Source of the DNA: Candidatus Binatia bacterium
GTDB taxonomy: Bacteria > Desulfobacterota > Binatia > UBA9968
Length of the DNA: 53,957 nt
Assembly: GCA_035762645.1 (NCBI GenBank)
Contig: DASTOD010000023.1
Location: 1-53,957, forward strand
Direction: 5' to 3'
This document shows positions 1 through 8,463 of the stretch, piece by piece; the stretch's first letter is position 1; every line of letters begins with the position of its first letter. Under the pieces are notes generated by a model, which saw only the letters and a list, made by a program, of their open reading frames with translations, ran no database searches and was not told the origin of the DNA. The position numbers and the translations under genes were made by a program.

Positions 1-881
1 ACGGTCGGTAAAAACGATTCTATCTTGTTCGAGAAGGATGCCACGGCCATGGCGTCTCCCCGCTTCTGTGTCACATAACTTAACATGACGGTCGCGTTTA
101 AGGCGTGTTCTAACTTTGAAACCGTTCCAATGGTTTCCGCCATCATGCGTCCGGCGTCCACGAGCACCGCCAGCTGCTGTCCCTTTTCCACCTGTTTGTT
201 GCGGCTGATGAGAGCGCCGCGCCTGGCGGTGGCCTTCCAATCGATGTTTTTGAGATCCTCGCCGGAAATATACGGTCGTAGGCTTTCAAAGTCGGTGCCG
301 GGTGCTTTGATCTGCCGCGGTTTTCTTACGACTTCATCACGTTGGTCGATCTTTGCCAGCAACTGATAATGATCCGCGCCGCGAAATTTTGGATATACTT
401 TGACAGCGCTCGGAACGCGGAGTGAAGCTTGCTTCTGGAGCAGGCGCAACTCGCCGCTGATACGCAGCGCTACTTCGCCGAAAGTGCAGACGCCGCGTTT
501 CAGCGGGCGCACAGAATAGACCAACGTTGCCCGACCACCGGCCGGGATCTCTACCGCCGGAAACTCGCTGAGCAGCTCGAAGGTCTCGGGTAGTTCATCG
601 CGGACGCGCAGGTGAACCGGCCGCGCGGACTGATTGCCGAGCATCAGTGTGATCGGATGCTCGACCTGCAGAGCAAACCGAGACGGCAGCACGCGCTCGG
701 CGGAGAGCTGAGACAGGCGGGGAACCGTCCGCCAATCGTGCCAGCACAAAGCCGACAGAAGCACCAGGTAAACCAGACCGGCGATCGCTCCGCCCGGCAC
801 AAAAATCGCCAGCAACCAGAGTGGGGCTCCGAGCGAGAGAAGCCGAATCAAACGGAGCGACGGTATGAGGGGAATAACCAT
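1..881 (-). CDS. DUF58 family protein (vWA-like partner of MoxR ATPases); C-terminal part runs off the window edge
   Basis: Absent from the ORF track because there is no stop in the window. My minus-strand translation from ATG 881..879 gives MVIPLIPSLRLIRLLSLGAPLWLLAIF... (two N-terminal TM helices), then ...FESLRPYISGEDLKNIDWKATARRGALISRNKQVEKGQQLAVLVDAGRMM..., the DUF58 signature. It lies downstream of a MoxR gene, as is typical. Confidence 0.8.
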   Translation of the reverse strand, partial: MVIPLIPSLRLIRLLSLGAPLWLLAIFVPGGAIAGLVYLVLLSALCWHDWRTVPRLSQLSAERVLPSRFALQVEHPITLMLGNQSARPVHLRVRDELPETFELLSEFPAVEIPAGGRATLVYSVRPLKRGVCTFGEVALRISGELRLLQKQASLRVPSAVKVYPKFRGADHYQLLAKIDQRDEVVRKPRQIKAPGTDFESLRPYISGEDLKNIDWKATARRGALISRNKQVEKGQQLAVLVDAGRMMAETIGTVSKLEHALNATVMLSYVTQKRGDAMAVASFSNKIESFLPT

Positions 882-982
882 GCTATGGCCTCAGCAAGAT
901 CTTAAAAGTTGTTCACCATTTCCTCAGCCCCGGGCTTTAGCAGTGTTACCATAGGAACGGAGTTCGCTTAGAACAAGTGCTT

Positions 983-1068
983 ACCACGAAGGACACGAAG
1001 GCCACGAAAGGCAAAAGATTTCTCCCTTTAATTAGGTCTTTTTTCGTGTGCTTCGTGCTCTTCGTGGT
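983..1068. repeat. Imperfect hairpin built from ACGAAGG-type sub-repeats, in the MoxR-DUF58 intercistronic gap
   Basis: The left arm is accacgaaggacacgaaggccacgaaagg (983-1011). The right arm cttttttcgtgtgcttcgtgctcttcgtggt (1038-1068) is its imperfect reverse complement. The loop is about 26 nt. Confidence 0.7.
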
Positions 1069-1131
1069 GAATAGCATCCGTTGGAATATTCGGTAAGTCG
1101 TTGGCACGGAGTTCGCCATGAATGGTTGCGC

Positions 1132-2100
1132 CTAACGTGGAACGTCCACCTGAGCGAGCAGGGATTGGATGCAGGCATCGGGTGTCAGCCCCTCGATCTC
1201 CGCTTCCGGAGTGAGCCGGACGCGGTGCCGCAGCACCGGCAAGGCGATGACCTGGATATCATCCGGTGTCACGTAGTCCCGGTCGCGCAGGAGCGCCAGG
1301 GCCTTCGCTGCTTGCAGCAGCATGATGGCTGAACGAGGACTCCCCCCGAGCGTGAGACTGGAGAGAGAGCGCGACTGGCGAATGAGCTTGAGAGCGTACT
1401 CGAGCACCGTCTCATCGACTTGGACGTTGTGCGCTCGTTCTCGCAACTCAGCGATCTCGGCCGGTCCGCCAACGGGCTGAATGACTTTGAAAGGTTTCAG
1501 CGACTCTGCGCCTAGGGCTTGCGTCGCTTTTAGCATAGCCCGTTCATCCGCTTCCCCGGGGTAGTCCATGATCACTTTCATCAGGAACCGGTCGAGCTGC
1601 GCCTCCGGCAGCGGGTAAGTGCCCTCGTACTCGATCGGATTCTGTGTCGCGACAACGGTGAAACAGGAAGGCAGCCGGCGCGTTTCACCGTCGATGCTCA
1701 CCTGAAACTCCTGCATGGCTTCGAGCAGCGCCGCCTGCGTTTTGGCGGGCGCTCGGTTGATTTCATCAGCCAGCACGATATCGGCAAACAAGGGGCCGGG
1801 CCGGAAGCGAAACCCTCCGTTAGCGGAGTCGAAGACGTTGACGCCGGTGATATCCGAGGGCATCAAGTCCGGCGTAAATTGAATGCGTGAAAAGCTGCAG
1901 CGGAGCGAGGCCGCGAGGCTCCGCGCCAGCAACGTCTTGGCGACTCCCGGCACACCCTCGAGTAAGACGTGGCCGCCGGCCGTCAAGGCAACAATGAGAC
2001 TTTGAATCGCCGTCGACTGGCCATGGATCACCCGCTCCAGCTCTGCTTGGACAGCGCGTCCGATGCTCGCGCTTTCGATCGAAATGGTTTCTGTCTTCAT
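1132..2100 (-). CDS. MoxR-like AAA+ ATPase
   Basis: Walker A is LLEGVPGVAKT and Walker B/sensor is IVLADEINRAPAKTQAALLEAMQE. I chose the start MKTETISIES (ATG 2100..2098) because it forms an ATGA overlap with the upstream stop at 2097. The track ORF (to 2301) is an in-frame upstream extension. Confidence 0.9.
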   Translation of the reverse strand: MKTETISIESASIGRAVQAELERVIHGQSTAIQSLIVALTAGGHVLLEGVPGVAKTLLARSLAASLRCSFSRIQFTPDLMPSDITGVNVFDSANGGFRFRPGPLFADIVLADEINRAPAKTQAALLEAMQEFQVSIDGETRRLPSCFTVVATQNPIEYEGTYPLPEAQLDRFLMKVIMDYPGEADERAMLKATQALGAESLKPFKVIQPVGGPAEIAELRERAHNVQVDETVLEYALKLIRQSRSLSSLTLGGSPRSAIMLLQAAKALALLRDRDYVTPDDIQVIALPVLRHRVRLTPEAEIEGLTPDACIQSLLAQVDVPR

Positions 2101-3341
2101 GCAATTGGTCCTTGAAGAAGTTTTCTCGCGATGCGCCCGACCTCGATAAACTCCTGGTCTGTGAGTTGTTCGCCTTCTTCGGTTTTTGAAACTAAGGCTT
2201 GGAAGGCAACCAACTGCTCGGCGGAGTCTTTTGCTTCCGTGACCCTCGCGTTGGCACTCAAACTCGATAAGTCGACCGGCTTGCCGCAAATCTTCGACCA
2301 TTCATGGCAAAGGTTCTGCGCGATTAATTCCACGGCCACCCCCTGAGCGGTTGCCGCTTGAAACATCCCGGCCCGGGCCTCGACGAGCTCCAAGGCGCTC
2401 GTGCGGGCGGGTAGCGGCGATTCGGAGATCCGTCCGAATCGGCGGCGATAGCCGAACACGTAGAGCAAAGCCGCCGCGGCGATTTGAGCTGCACACCAGC
2501 CCCAGGGGGTCTTGAGAAAGGCCCAGGTGAGTTCGCTCGCGCTGCGCTTTTGGCCGAAGCCATGATGGTATTCGTCGAAGAAAGCTTTTTGGCTGCCCCA
2601 CTCCGCCGCCAGCGTGACTAACCAGACAGCGTTATCCGCTTCGCGCAGCGCCCGGTTGCTGACAATGCCAGGATCGGCGATGGCCACGATGCGCCCTCGA
2701 CCGACCGGGATCGTAACCGCCAGGGCCGCGCCGCCGGCCGCAGCAATGACTTGGGCTCCTTGCACCGAAGAAAAACTCCGGCTCAATTGCATTGTGATCT
2801 CCCCGAGGGGCACCGAGGCGCCGGTGACCCTCAGGTTCTTCGCTTCACCGGGTTTTGACCATTCCAGATGGGCTCCGTGCCCGGACAGGTAAGTAGTCGC
2901 TCTGGCCTCCGCCGCTCGATCTTGCGGCGGGTCGGCAGGGGTCCTGTTACCTTCTCTGACGGCGCGGCTCACCGGCCAGCCGTTACCGGTTGCCAAAATA
3001 AGTTGGCCGCCCGCGGCCAGCCAGCGGTCGAGATGTTCCGCTTCCGTATTGGAAATGGGTTTTCCCGGGCCGGCGACGATCAGCGTCGAGCCCGAATTTC
3101 GATCTGCCGATATCGACAGCAAGTTGAGCGGCCGCCGCCATTGTTCCGCCGCAGGCAGCAGCTTTTTGGTCACCAGGAAGAGCGCTCGGGCGCCGGTGCT
3201 GTCGGTGAAGAAAGTAGACGGCCGCCGCTGAAACAAGTCTCCCATGGGTTCGCCGGAAAGACCGCCGAAGGTCACTGCCAGCGCGACCACCAGGAGCGTG
3301 GCCAGAGCGGCGGTGAGCCAATTGCGCGTTCGAGGCGTCAT
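2097..3341 (-). CDS. DUF4350-like protein with N-terminal TM anchor (MoxR-operon component)
   Basis: The N-terminus MTPRTRNWLTAALATLLVVALAV is a TM segment, and a second hydrophobic segment lies near WGWCAAQIAAAALLYVFGY. It occupies the usual position between DUF4129 and MoxR. ATG 3341 has an AAGGAG site 9 nt upstream and an ATGA overlap with the upstream stop. Confidence 0.65.
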   Translation of the reverse strand: MTPRTRNWLTAALATLLVVALAVTFGGLSGEPMGDLFQRRPSTFFTDSTGARALFLVTKKLLPAAEQWRRPLNLLSISADRNSGSTLIVAGPGKPISNTEAEHLDRWLAAGGQLILATGNGWPVSRAVREGNRTPADPPQDRAAEARATTYLSGHGAHLEWSKPGEAKNLRVTGASVPLGEITMQLSRSFSSVQGAQVIAAAGGAALAVTIPVGRGRIVAIADPGIVSNRALREADNAVWLVTLAAEWGSQKAFFDEYHHGFGQKRSASELTWAFLKTPWGWCAAQIAAAALLYVFGYRRRFGRISESPLPARTSALELVEARAGMFQAATAQGVAVELIAQNLCHEWSKICGKPVDLSSLSANARVTEAKDSAEQLVAFQALVSKTEEGEQLTDQEFIEVGRIARKLLQGPIA

Positions 3342-3991
3342 GTAACCTGCTCCTTGCACATCCGGTCGACGCGCAGAACCAGCGCTTCTATGGAAGACGC
3401 CACCGCCGCCCGGTGCGCGTAGATCGCGCGCTCGTAGGCGTCAGTGAGCTCAGCGAAAGTCACGTACCAAGGATGACTGCCGGCGCATTCGCGCAAATAG
3501 TGCGAGTTGGTTTTCCATCCGGCGAATTTGATCGCCCCCTGTTCGTCCAACATCGCCAAACAGACCCGATGGACGATCCAAATCGCGCGACGGTGATCGC
3601 CTTCCTTGAGCCTTCGATGCGCGATTTCCAGAGCCTCCCGCCAGTTCGTTGCGGTCCCCTCCAAAATTTCCCACCGCGACCGCCGGTGCGCCGCCGCGTC
3701 CTTTCCTCGTTTGAAAGGCAGCAGATCGCCCAGCGCCAGATAGAGGAGATGGGCCAGGCACCCGATCATGACTAGTACCGCCCCGATAAAAAGAATTCGC
3801 GCCAAGTCGGGATTTGCCGCCGACCAAGAGGCTAGACCGTCCAACCATTCCCGGAGCAATTTCCAGAGCGAGAGTAGGACTTCGTCCCAAGGAGGGGGAG
3901 CGGTAAATTCCGGCTGGCTGACGATCTCCCTCGTCACGCTGCGAATCGTTTCGGGCGGCGGAATTTCCGGTGCCGGTTGGAGTGCAGACAT
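3338..3991 (-). CDS. DUF4129-like membrane protein
   Basis: It has a central TM (LARILFIGAVLVMIGCLAHLLYLAL) followed by WREALEIAHRRLKEGDHRRAIWIVHRVCLAMLDEQGAIKFAGWKTNSHYLRE...YERAIYA, which resembles the DUF4129 C-terminal module. Operon context is with DUF4350, MoxR and DUF58. Confidence 0.65.
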   Translation of the reverse strand: MSALQPAPEIPPPETIRSVTREIVSQPEFTAPPPWDEVLLSLWKLLREWLDGLASWSAANPDLARILFIGAVLVMIGCLAHLLYLALGDLLPFKRGKDAAAHRRSRWEILEGTATNWREALEIAHRRLKEGDHRRAIWIVHRVCLAMLDEQGAIKFAGWKTNSHYLRECAGSHPWYVTFAELTDAYERAIYAHRAAVASSIEALVLRVDRMCKEQVT

Positions 3992-3997
3992 CGGCGA

Positions 3998-4810
3998 TCA
4001 GGAGCCCGGAATCGGCGCCATGACGCTCCGCTCCGGCGGAACAGAGAGAGCGCGACTGAGCATTTCCAGGTCGAAGCCCTCTTTGCGAATGCGCAGATCA
4101 TAATAGAGCAGAATGTCGGCGACGATTCCGAAAGGAGTCGCGCAGATCGACAGTAAGTTTGACAGTGCGGATTCCATGATATTGGCGGTGCTCGAGTCCC
4201 CGGCGAAAATCGCGCCGGTAAGGCTTCCTACCCCGAAACTCAATACCCACTGGAGCACGTAGACGATGAGAAAAATGCCAAACAGCTTTTTCCGGTAGCC
4301 TTTGACGAGATCCCAGCTCCGCCTCAGGCTGGGGGCGGCCTTGTGACCTTCGATTAGCACCACGGGAACGATCAGGGCATAGGAGAGCGACCAGAGAATT
4401 CCCGGAACAATCAGAAGGAGGATGCCGAAACATACGCGAATGGTCGCGGAAATCTGAGCAATCGAGAGAGTCCAGAAACGTCTTATAGCGCGGCCCAGCG
4501 CCTGACCCGTCGTCACATTGTTCCCGAGGTAGCGCTCGCTAATGGCGTAAGTTCCGGCCGCGGTTGCAATCGGGAATGCCAGGGTTGACCACAGAACGAA
4601 AAATACCAGTTGGCTCAGTACCGCCGTCATTCTATTTTGTGCAACTTCGAGGCTGGAGTTGACGAGAATCATAACGGCGTACAGCGGCACATAGGCGGCG
4701 GCAGTAATGCCGAGCATCAACGAAAAATTTTGCGCGTAGAGTCTAAATGCGCGATCGAGTAATACTCCAGTCGTCATGGCCTCGAATCGCGGCCTGTCAG
4801 AGGACATCAT
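3998..4810 (-). CDS. Polytopic membrane protein (GP-PDE-membrane-domain/DUF975-like); first gene of the MoxR operon
   Basis: About 6 predicted TM helices. The N-terminus TGVLLDRAFRLYAQNFSLMLGITAAAYVPLY is typical of this family. An AGGAGG site lies 8 nt upstream of the ATG at 4810. Confidence 0.55.
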   Translation of the reverse strand: MMSSDRPRFEAMTTGVLLDRAFRLYAQNFSLMLGITAAAYVPLYAVMILVNSSLEVAQNRMTAVLSQLVFFVLWSTLAFPIATAAGTYAISERYLGNNVTTGQALGRAIRRFWTLSIAQISATIRVCFGILLLIVPGILWSLSYALIVPVVLIEGHKAAPSLRRSWDLVKGYRKKLFGIFLIVYVLQWVLSFGVGSLTGAIFAGDSSTANIMESALSNLLSICATPFGIVADILLYYDLRIRKEGFDLEMLSRALSVPPERSVMAPIPGS

Positions 4811-5090
4811 AGGGGAGGCCTCCTAAGCATGGTAATTGTCCGGGATCGAAAGGACGCCAATTGTGGCTCGACATAATGCAGTGCGCTTGATCAAGGCAAA
4901 CAGGCGGCAAAAACATCAGGGATTGGCAGCGAATATGGACAACTTGACAAGCCGGATCACGTGTAAACTAAAAATAGCTTTATTATGGGCCATTTACCCG
5001 CTCGGGGATGTGAGACGTGACGCCAAGTATAGCACATCTCGCGAAAATGGGAGGAGAGTTTGGCCGGCCCAGTCTTAATCGAGCCTGGGT

Positions 5091-5798
5091 CTATTTCTCT
5101 TTTCGATTCGCGGCGCGAAGCGTCCAGCTGCCGGACTGTCCCCCAGCGCTCCAGAGGCCGCGGATCGCGTCTTTAACACTGGCTTCGAACAGCTCAATGA
5201 AGGACGCGTCGTGAGCGGCGTCAAAAGCCGCTGTCCAGCTACCCGCATAATCACCGCTTCTGCCGTCGACCACCGCGCGCCAAACGCCTTGCCAGCCGGT
5301 GGCAAACTTCTCGGCGGTCCACGTACCTCGCAGGTTGGTCTTACCGGTCGGATCGCTGAGCGTCCATGTACCCGAGACAGCCGTGGCGGAAGATCCGGGG
5401 TTGATCGTCCAAGTGCCGTCAAACGTGCGGCCGCTGCTCGTGCGGGCACTCCAGGTAGAAAGGGAAGGATCCTCAGTAGCCTCCTTAAAGACTTCCTTCA
5501 CCTGAGCGGTTGCAGTCACATCCACGGCCCGGACCCACCCGGTCAGCCCGCCCTGGGTTTTCACCATGTACCAAACTTGTTGTCCAATCGCCTCAATCAG
5601 CGGAACCAGCCGTTCGCCTTTTTCCAATTTGGCGATCGGACTGGATTCCTCATCCTGGCGGGAGTACAGGTAAGCTCCGGATGTTCCGGCCATGAGCGCC
5701 GGGACGTCTTCGGCTCCGATGCAAAAAGAAGGTAGAAAAACAAGAAAGAACAATAGGCCCAAAGAGAAGCGTCGTGGAATTGAACAGGAAGGATTCAT
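5091..5798 (-). CDS. Secreted protein: signal peptide, SH3b-like domain and G(T/S)WT repeat region
   Basis: The signal peptide is MNPSCSIPRRFSLGLLFFLVFLPSFCIGA. The SH3b-like stretch is YSRQDEESSPIAKLEKGERLVPLIEAIGQQVWYMVKTQGGLTGWVRAVDV. Five G(T/S)WT motifs follow: DGTWTI, SGTWTL, RGTWTA, AGSWTA and SGSWTL. Confidence 0.7.
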   Translation of the reverse strand: MNPSCSIPRRFSLGLLFFLVFLPSFCIGAEDVPALMAGTSGAYLYSRQDEESSPIAKLEKGERLVPLIEAIGQQVWYMVKTQGGLTGWVRAVDVTATAQVKEVFKEATEDPSLSTWSARTSSGRTFDGTWTINPGSSATAVSGTWTLSDPTGKTNLRGTWTAEKFATGWQGVWRAVVDGRSGDYAGSWTAAFDAAHDASFIELFEASVKDAIRGLWSAGGQSGSWTLRAANRKEK

Positions 5799-5858
5799 GC
5801 AGAGTTTTTTCGGCAGCCAAAAACGTCGAGAGCCATCCGGATAGGCACGGGGAGCGAT

Positions 5859-6935
5859 TTACAAGGAGAGTTTGTCCCAATCTGCGTTGGAGGCATCCTG
5901 GGCGATCTGCAGCCCGCCATCCGATCCTGCAAAAATAGGATCCTTGACCACGGCGACTCGGCCGCCGCCCAGTTCTTCCAGCGCGTTCTCAATGGCTTCG
6001 GTCAAACCGCCAATAAGAGAGCTCCCGCCGGCGAGAACGATATGATTGCGCACATTCTCCTGGTACTCCGGCTCGACCCGCGCAATCAGGTCCAACATAG
6101 TCTCCGAGATGGCGGGAAGAATACTTTCACAGGCCGCGCGCATCTCAATCGTAATGTCCAATTCGGTCGCCTTTCCCTTGACCGGCACTTTGACGACCAC
6201 ACGCTGTTTCGGCTCCCCGACGAAGCTCCACTTTTCCTTCCACTCACGGATCATATAGGTCGAGAACTGAGCGTCCGGGTAGCGCTCCTGAAGGAGTTTC
6301 GCGAGCTGTTCATCGATCCAGTCGCCGGCATTCGGCAAGGTCCGCTGATCTTCCTCGGTTGGATAATGACCCTGCATCACGCAAAGGTCGGTCGTGCCTG
6401 CGCCGATGTCGATCACCATCGCGTGGAGCAACGCTTCCAACCCGTAGGCGACCGCAAAAGGCTCGGAGACGAGCATCACCTTATCGGCAATACCGTCCAT
6501 CGCGCTTCGCAGTCGCTGCCGGCTCACGCGGAACGCTTCCGCCGGTACGCCGACGACCGCGCGCACCTTCGGTCGGGTCTTGCTTCTCTGTTTGACGCCG
6601 ACCAGAGAAATCAAATGGCGTAGCAGCTCGTGAACGGCCTGTTCGTCCTTTTCTGATCCTTCTTTAATCAGCCCGCGCTCCAGGGGGCGTCGAAGGTCCA
6701 GCATCGAGCGATTTTCCAGCGCTTCGCGCCCTATGAGAACCGGTTTTTTCACCAGTTTGCGGGCCACCAGGTCCAAGGGCCATCCCACATAACTGTCGAT
6801 CACGTGGCGCTCTCCATTCGAACCTGAAATGGAACTTCGAGAAGTCCCCAGATCTATTCCTGCAGACAGAAATTCTTTCGCGTCTTCCATTAGGCTAGCT
6901 ACCTTTTTTTTCCGGCCGGTTGAGGGTTTCGGCAT
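5859..6935 (-). CDS. MamK-like actin-family (ASKHA) filament protein
   Basis: Actin-fold motifs are present: GIDLGTSRS (phosphate 1), VVGVPAEA, LVSEPFAVAYGL, VIDIGAGTTDLCVM (phosphate 2) and IVLAGGSSLIGGL. The segments YVGWPLDLVARKLVKKPVLIGREALENRSMLDLRRPLERGLI and VAVVKDPIFAGSDGGLQIAQD closely parallel my recollection of MamK (VVGYPKDVIGLKLLGRPYVVGDEAFEMRSYLDIRYPLQDGVL; VTCVKDPTFDGCRGALRLAEE). An alternative start MEDAKEF at 6890 would avoid overlapping the upstream gene. Confidence 0.8.
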   Translation of the reverse strand: MPKPSTGRKKKVASLMEDAKEFLSAGIDLGTSRSSISGSNGERHVIDSYVGWPLDLVARKLVKKPVLIGREALENRSMLDLRRPLERGLIKEGSEKDEQAVHELLRHLISLVGVKQRSKTRPKVRAVVGVPAEAFRVSRQRLRSAMDGIADKVMLVSEPFAVAYGLEALLHAMVIDIGAGTTDLCVMQGHYPTEEDQRTLPNAGDWIDEQLAKLLQERYPDAQFSTYMIREWKEKWSFVGEPKQRVVVKVPVKGKATELDITIEMRAACESILPAISETMLDLIARVEPEYQENVRNHIVLAGGSSLIGGLTEAIENALEELGGGRVAVVKDPIFAGSDGGLQIAQDASNADWDKLSL

Positions 6936-8187
6936 AAGAGCGAATGCCCCTAGACAGCGCCAATGCGATCTTCTCTCGATAATCCGAGCTCGTCAACAAT
7001 TTCACCTCGTCTTCATTCGAAAGACACGAAACCTCCACGAGTATCGCAGGCATTTGCGTTCCGACCAGGACGATGAACGGCGCCGTTTTCACTCCACGAT
7101 TATCTAATTCGGGATTGATTTCTCTCAGCGAGAAATACAGTTCGGTGTGAATCGTTTCAGCGAGTCTACGCGATTCATCCCGACGCATATGAATAAAGAC
7201 CTTTTCCAAAAGCTGGCGGTAGTCCGCCATAGAATAGCCGGATTCGCGATTTTCCAGGCCGGCGAGCCGGATGGCGGTGGGGTCGTCGGTCGGGCCGACG
7301 AAGTATGTTTCCAGCGGGCGAATGCGCCGCGGCTCCACCCAGTTGACGTGAATGGAAATGAAAATGTCCGCGCCGGTCGCGTTGGCGAAAGCTACCCGTT
7401 TGTCGAGCGGCATCGTACGATCCGTCTCTCGCGTCATCGAGACCTCGAAGGAGGCCTGTTCCATCAGCCGCCGCAGCCGCAGAGCGATATCCAAAGTAAT
7501 CTCTTTTTCCGATACGCCGGATTCCGAGATGGCTCCGGTTTGCGTGCCGCCGTGCCCGGGATCAATGATGACCTTCCTTATCGAGAGAGGGAAAACCTCC
7601 CGATTGATGGGGTGCGGCGCTGGCGCTGCGACGTCCGGCTGCCGCGCCGCAAAGGACAGCCCCTGGCTTGGTTCAGCTTGGAGTGCGCGCGGCGATGCGG
7701 CTGTTCCGGTAGAAACGACATGGGTTGGCAGGGCGAGGTAAGCGAAACCCGCGATCACCAGGAAACCCAAGATGGAAAAGCGAAAAAATTCTTTGGACCG
7801 CGCCCGCGTCCGTACTTTGTCCGACACCGGCCGGCCCTGGTTTCCTGCATCCGGGTTGGTTCTGATGCGGTGCGCCGTTTCGGCATGGCTTTGAATCGGC
7901 TCTTGGACAAGCCGGCACTCGGTTGGTTTGGGACGCGCCCGAACTTTGGGCGCGATCCCTTGCGCCGTTTTGATACTATTTTGAATCGGCTCTCGAACGA
8001 GCCGGTGCTTGGTTGGTTTGGGACGCGGGGGCGCTTTGGCTCTAATACCCCGCGCTGTTTCGACATTGCTTTGGATCGCCTCTCGAACCAGGCGGCGCTT
8101 GGTTTGGTTAACCGTTTCCATGAATGGCGATGTACACCGATCGATATATGGCTTACAAAAGGTACTGATGAGGATTTGCCCTGTCAA
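6895..8187 (-). CDS. N-acetylmuramoyl-L-alanine amidase (Amidase_3), bitopic, with a basic repeat-containing cytoplasmic N-terminus
   Basis: The C-terminal catalytic domain reads VIIDPGHGGTQTGAISESGVSEKEITLDIALRLRRL...ADIFISIHVNW...LVEVSCLSNEDE. There is a single TM (FFRFSILGFLVIAGFAYLAL). The N-terminal roughly 150 aa are K/R-rich and carry three 30-aa repeats. An alternative start is METVNQ at 8121. Confidence 0.85.
   Translation of the reverse strand: MTGQILISTFCKPYIDRCTSPFMETVNQTKRRLVREAIQSNVETARGIRAKAPPRPKPTKHRLVREPIQNSIKTAQGIAPKVRARPKPTECRLVQEPIQSHAETAHRIRTNPDAGNQGRPVSDKVRTRARSKEFFRFSILGFLVIAGFAYLALPTHVVSTGTAASPRALQAEPSQGLSFAARQPDVAAPAPHPINREVFPLSIRKVIIDPGHGGTQTGAISESGVSEKEITLDIALRLRRLMEQASFEVSMTRETDRTMPLDKRVAFANATGADIFISIHVNWVEPRRIRPLETYFVGPTDDPTAIRLAGLENRESGYSMADYRQLLEKVFIHMRRDESRRLAETIHTELYFSLREINPELDNRGVKTAPFIVLVGTQMPAILVEVSCLSNEDEVKLLTSSDYREKIALALSRGIRSYAETLNRPEKKGS
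7864..8112. repeat. 90-bp tandem repeat, about 2.7 copies, inside the amidase 5' coding region
   Basis: Units 7891-7980 and 7981-8070 both begin ttgaatcggctct...ggttggtttgggacgcg. Partial units flank them. They encode KRRLVREAIQSNVETARGIRAKAPPRPKPT / KHRLVREPIQNSIKTAQGIAPKVRARPKPT / ECRLVQEPIQSHAETAHRIRTNP. Confidence 0.85.
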
Positions 8188-8281
8188 CCCTTTTTCCGTG
8201 TGCGAACACGATTAACGAAGTAGATGAGCTTTTTTGAGCCACCTGTCAACATAAAAGTTTGAACTCTTAGATTCACCACCA

Positions 8282-8340
8282 CCGACTACCGGAGAACGGA
8301 CTATTTCGCGATGGGCTGTCCTCTGTAGTCTGTCGTCGTC
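8282..8340. repeat. Intergenic imperfect hairpin, GACTACAG/GACGACAGAC word family
   Basis: ccgactaccggagaacgg (8282-8299) faces ctgtcctctgtagtctgtcgtcgtc (8316-8340). It shares the word cgacgacagactacag with the element at 41944-42008. Confidence 0.6.
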
Positions 8341-8463
8341 TCGTCGCACCAGCATCGGCCCGGCAGAGGCGCTGGCTCGAAACCGCGGTTTGACTCTGAA
8401 ATCTCCGGGCTAGACGCCGCGGCTGCGCGCGTGTTATAGCCGAAGCAGCAGTCATCGAAGGCC

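Noticed and set aside
1104-1119. Sigma54-like TGGCACGGAGTTCGCC on the plus strand.
   Set aside because: It points antisense into the MoxR gene with no downstream plus-strand gene, and its -12 box is TCGC rather than TTGC.
4935-4966. Plus-strand TTGACA...TAAAAT promoter-like pair in the gap upstream of the MoxR operon.
   Set aside because: The spacing is about 19 nt. No plus-strand gene lies downstream for more than 3 kb, because all neighbours are on the minus strand. It is probably fortuitous in an AT-richer spacer.
5859-6935. The MamK-like gene as evidence of a magnetosome gene island.
   Set aside because: No mamA/B/E/I/L/M/O/P/Q or mms-like genes lie anywhere in the window. The neighbours are cell-wall related. 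MamK-like actins also occur outside magnetosome clusters.
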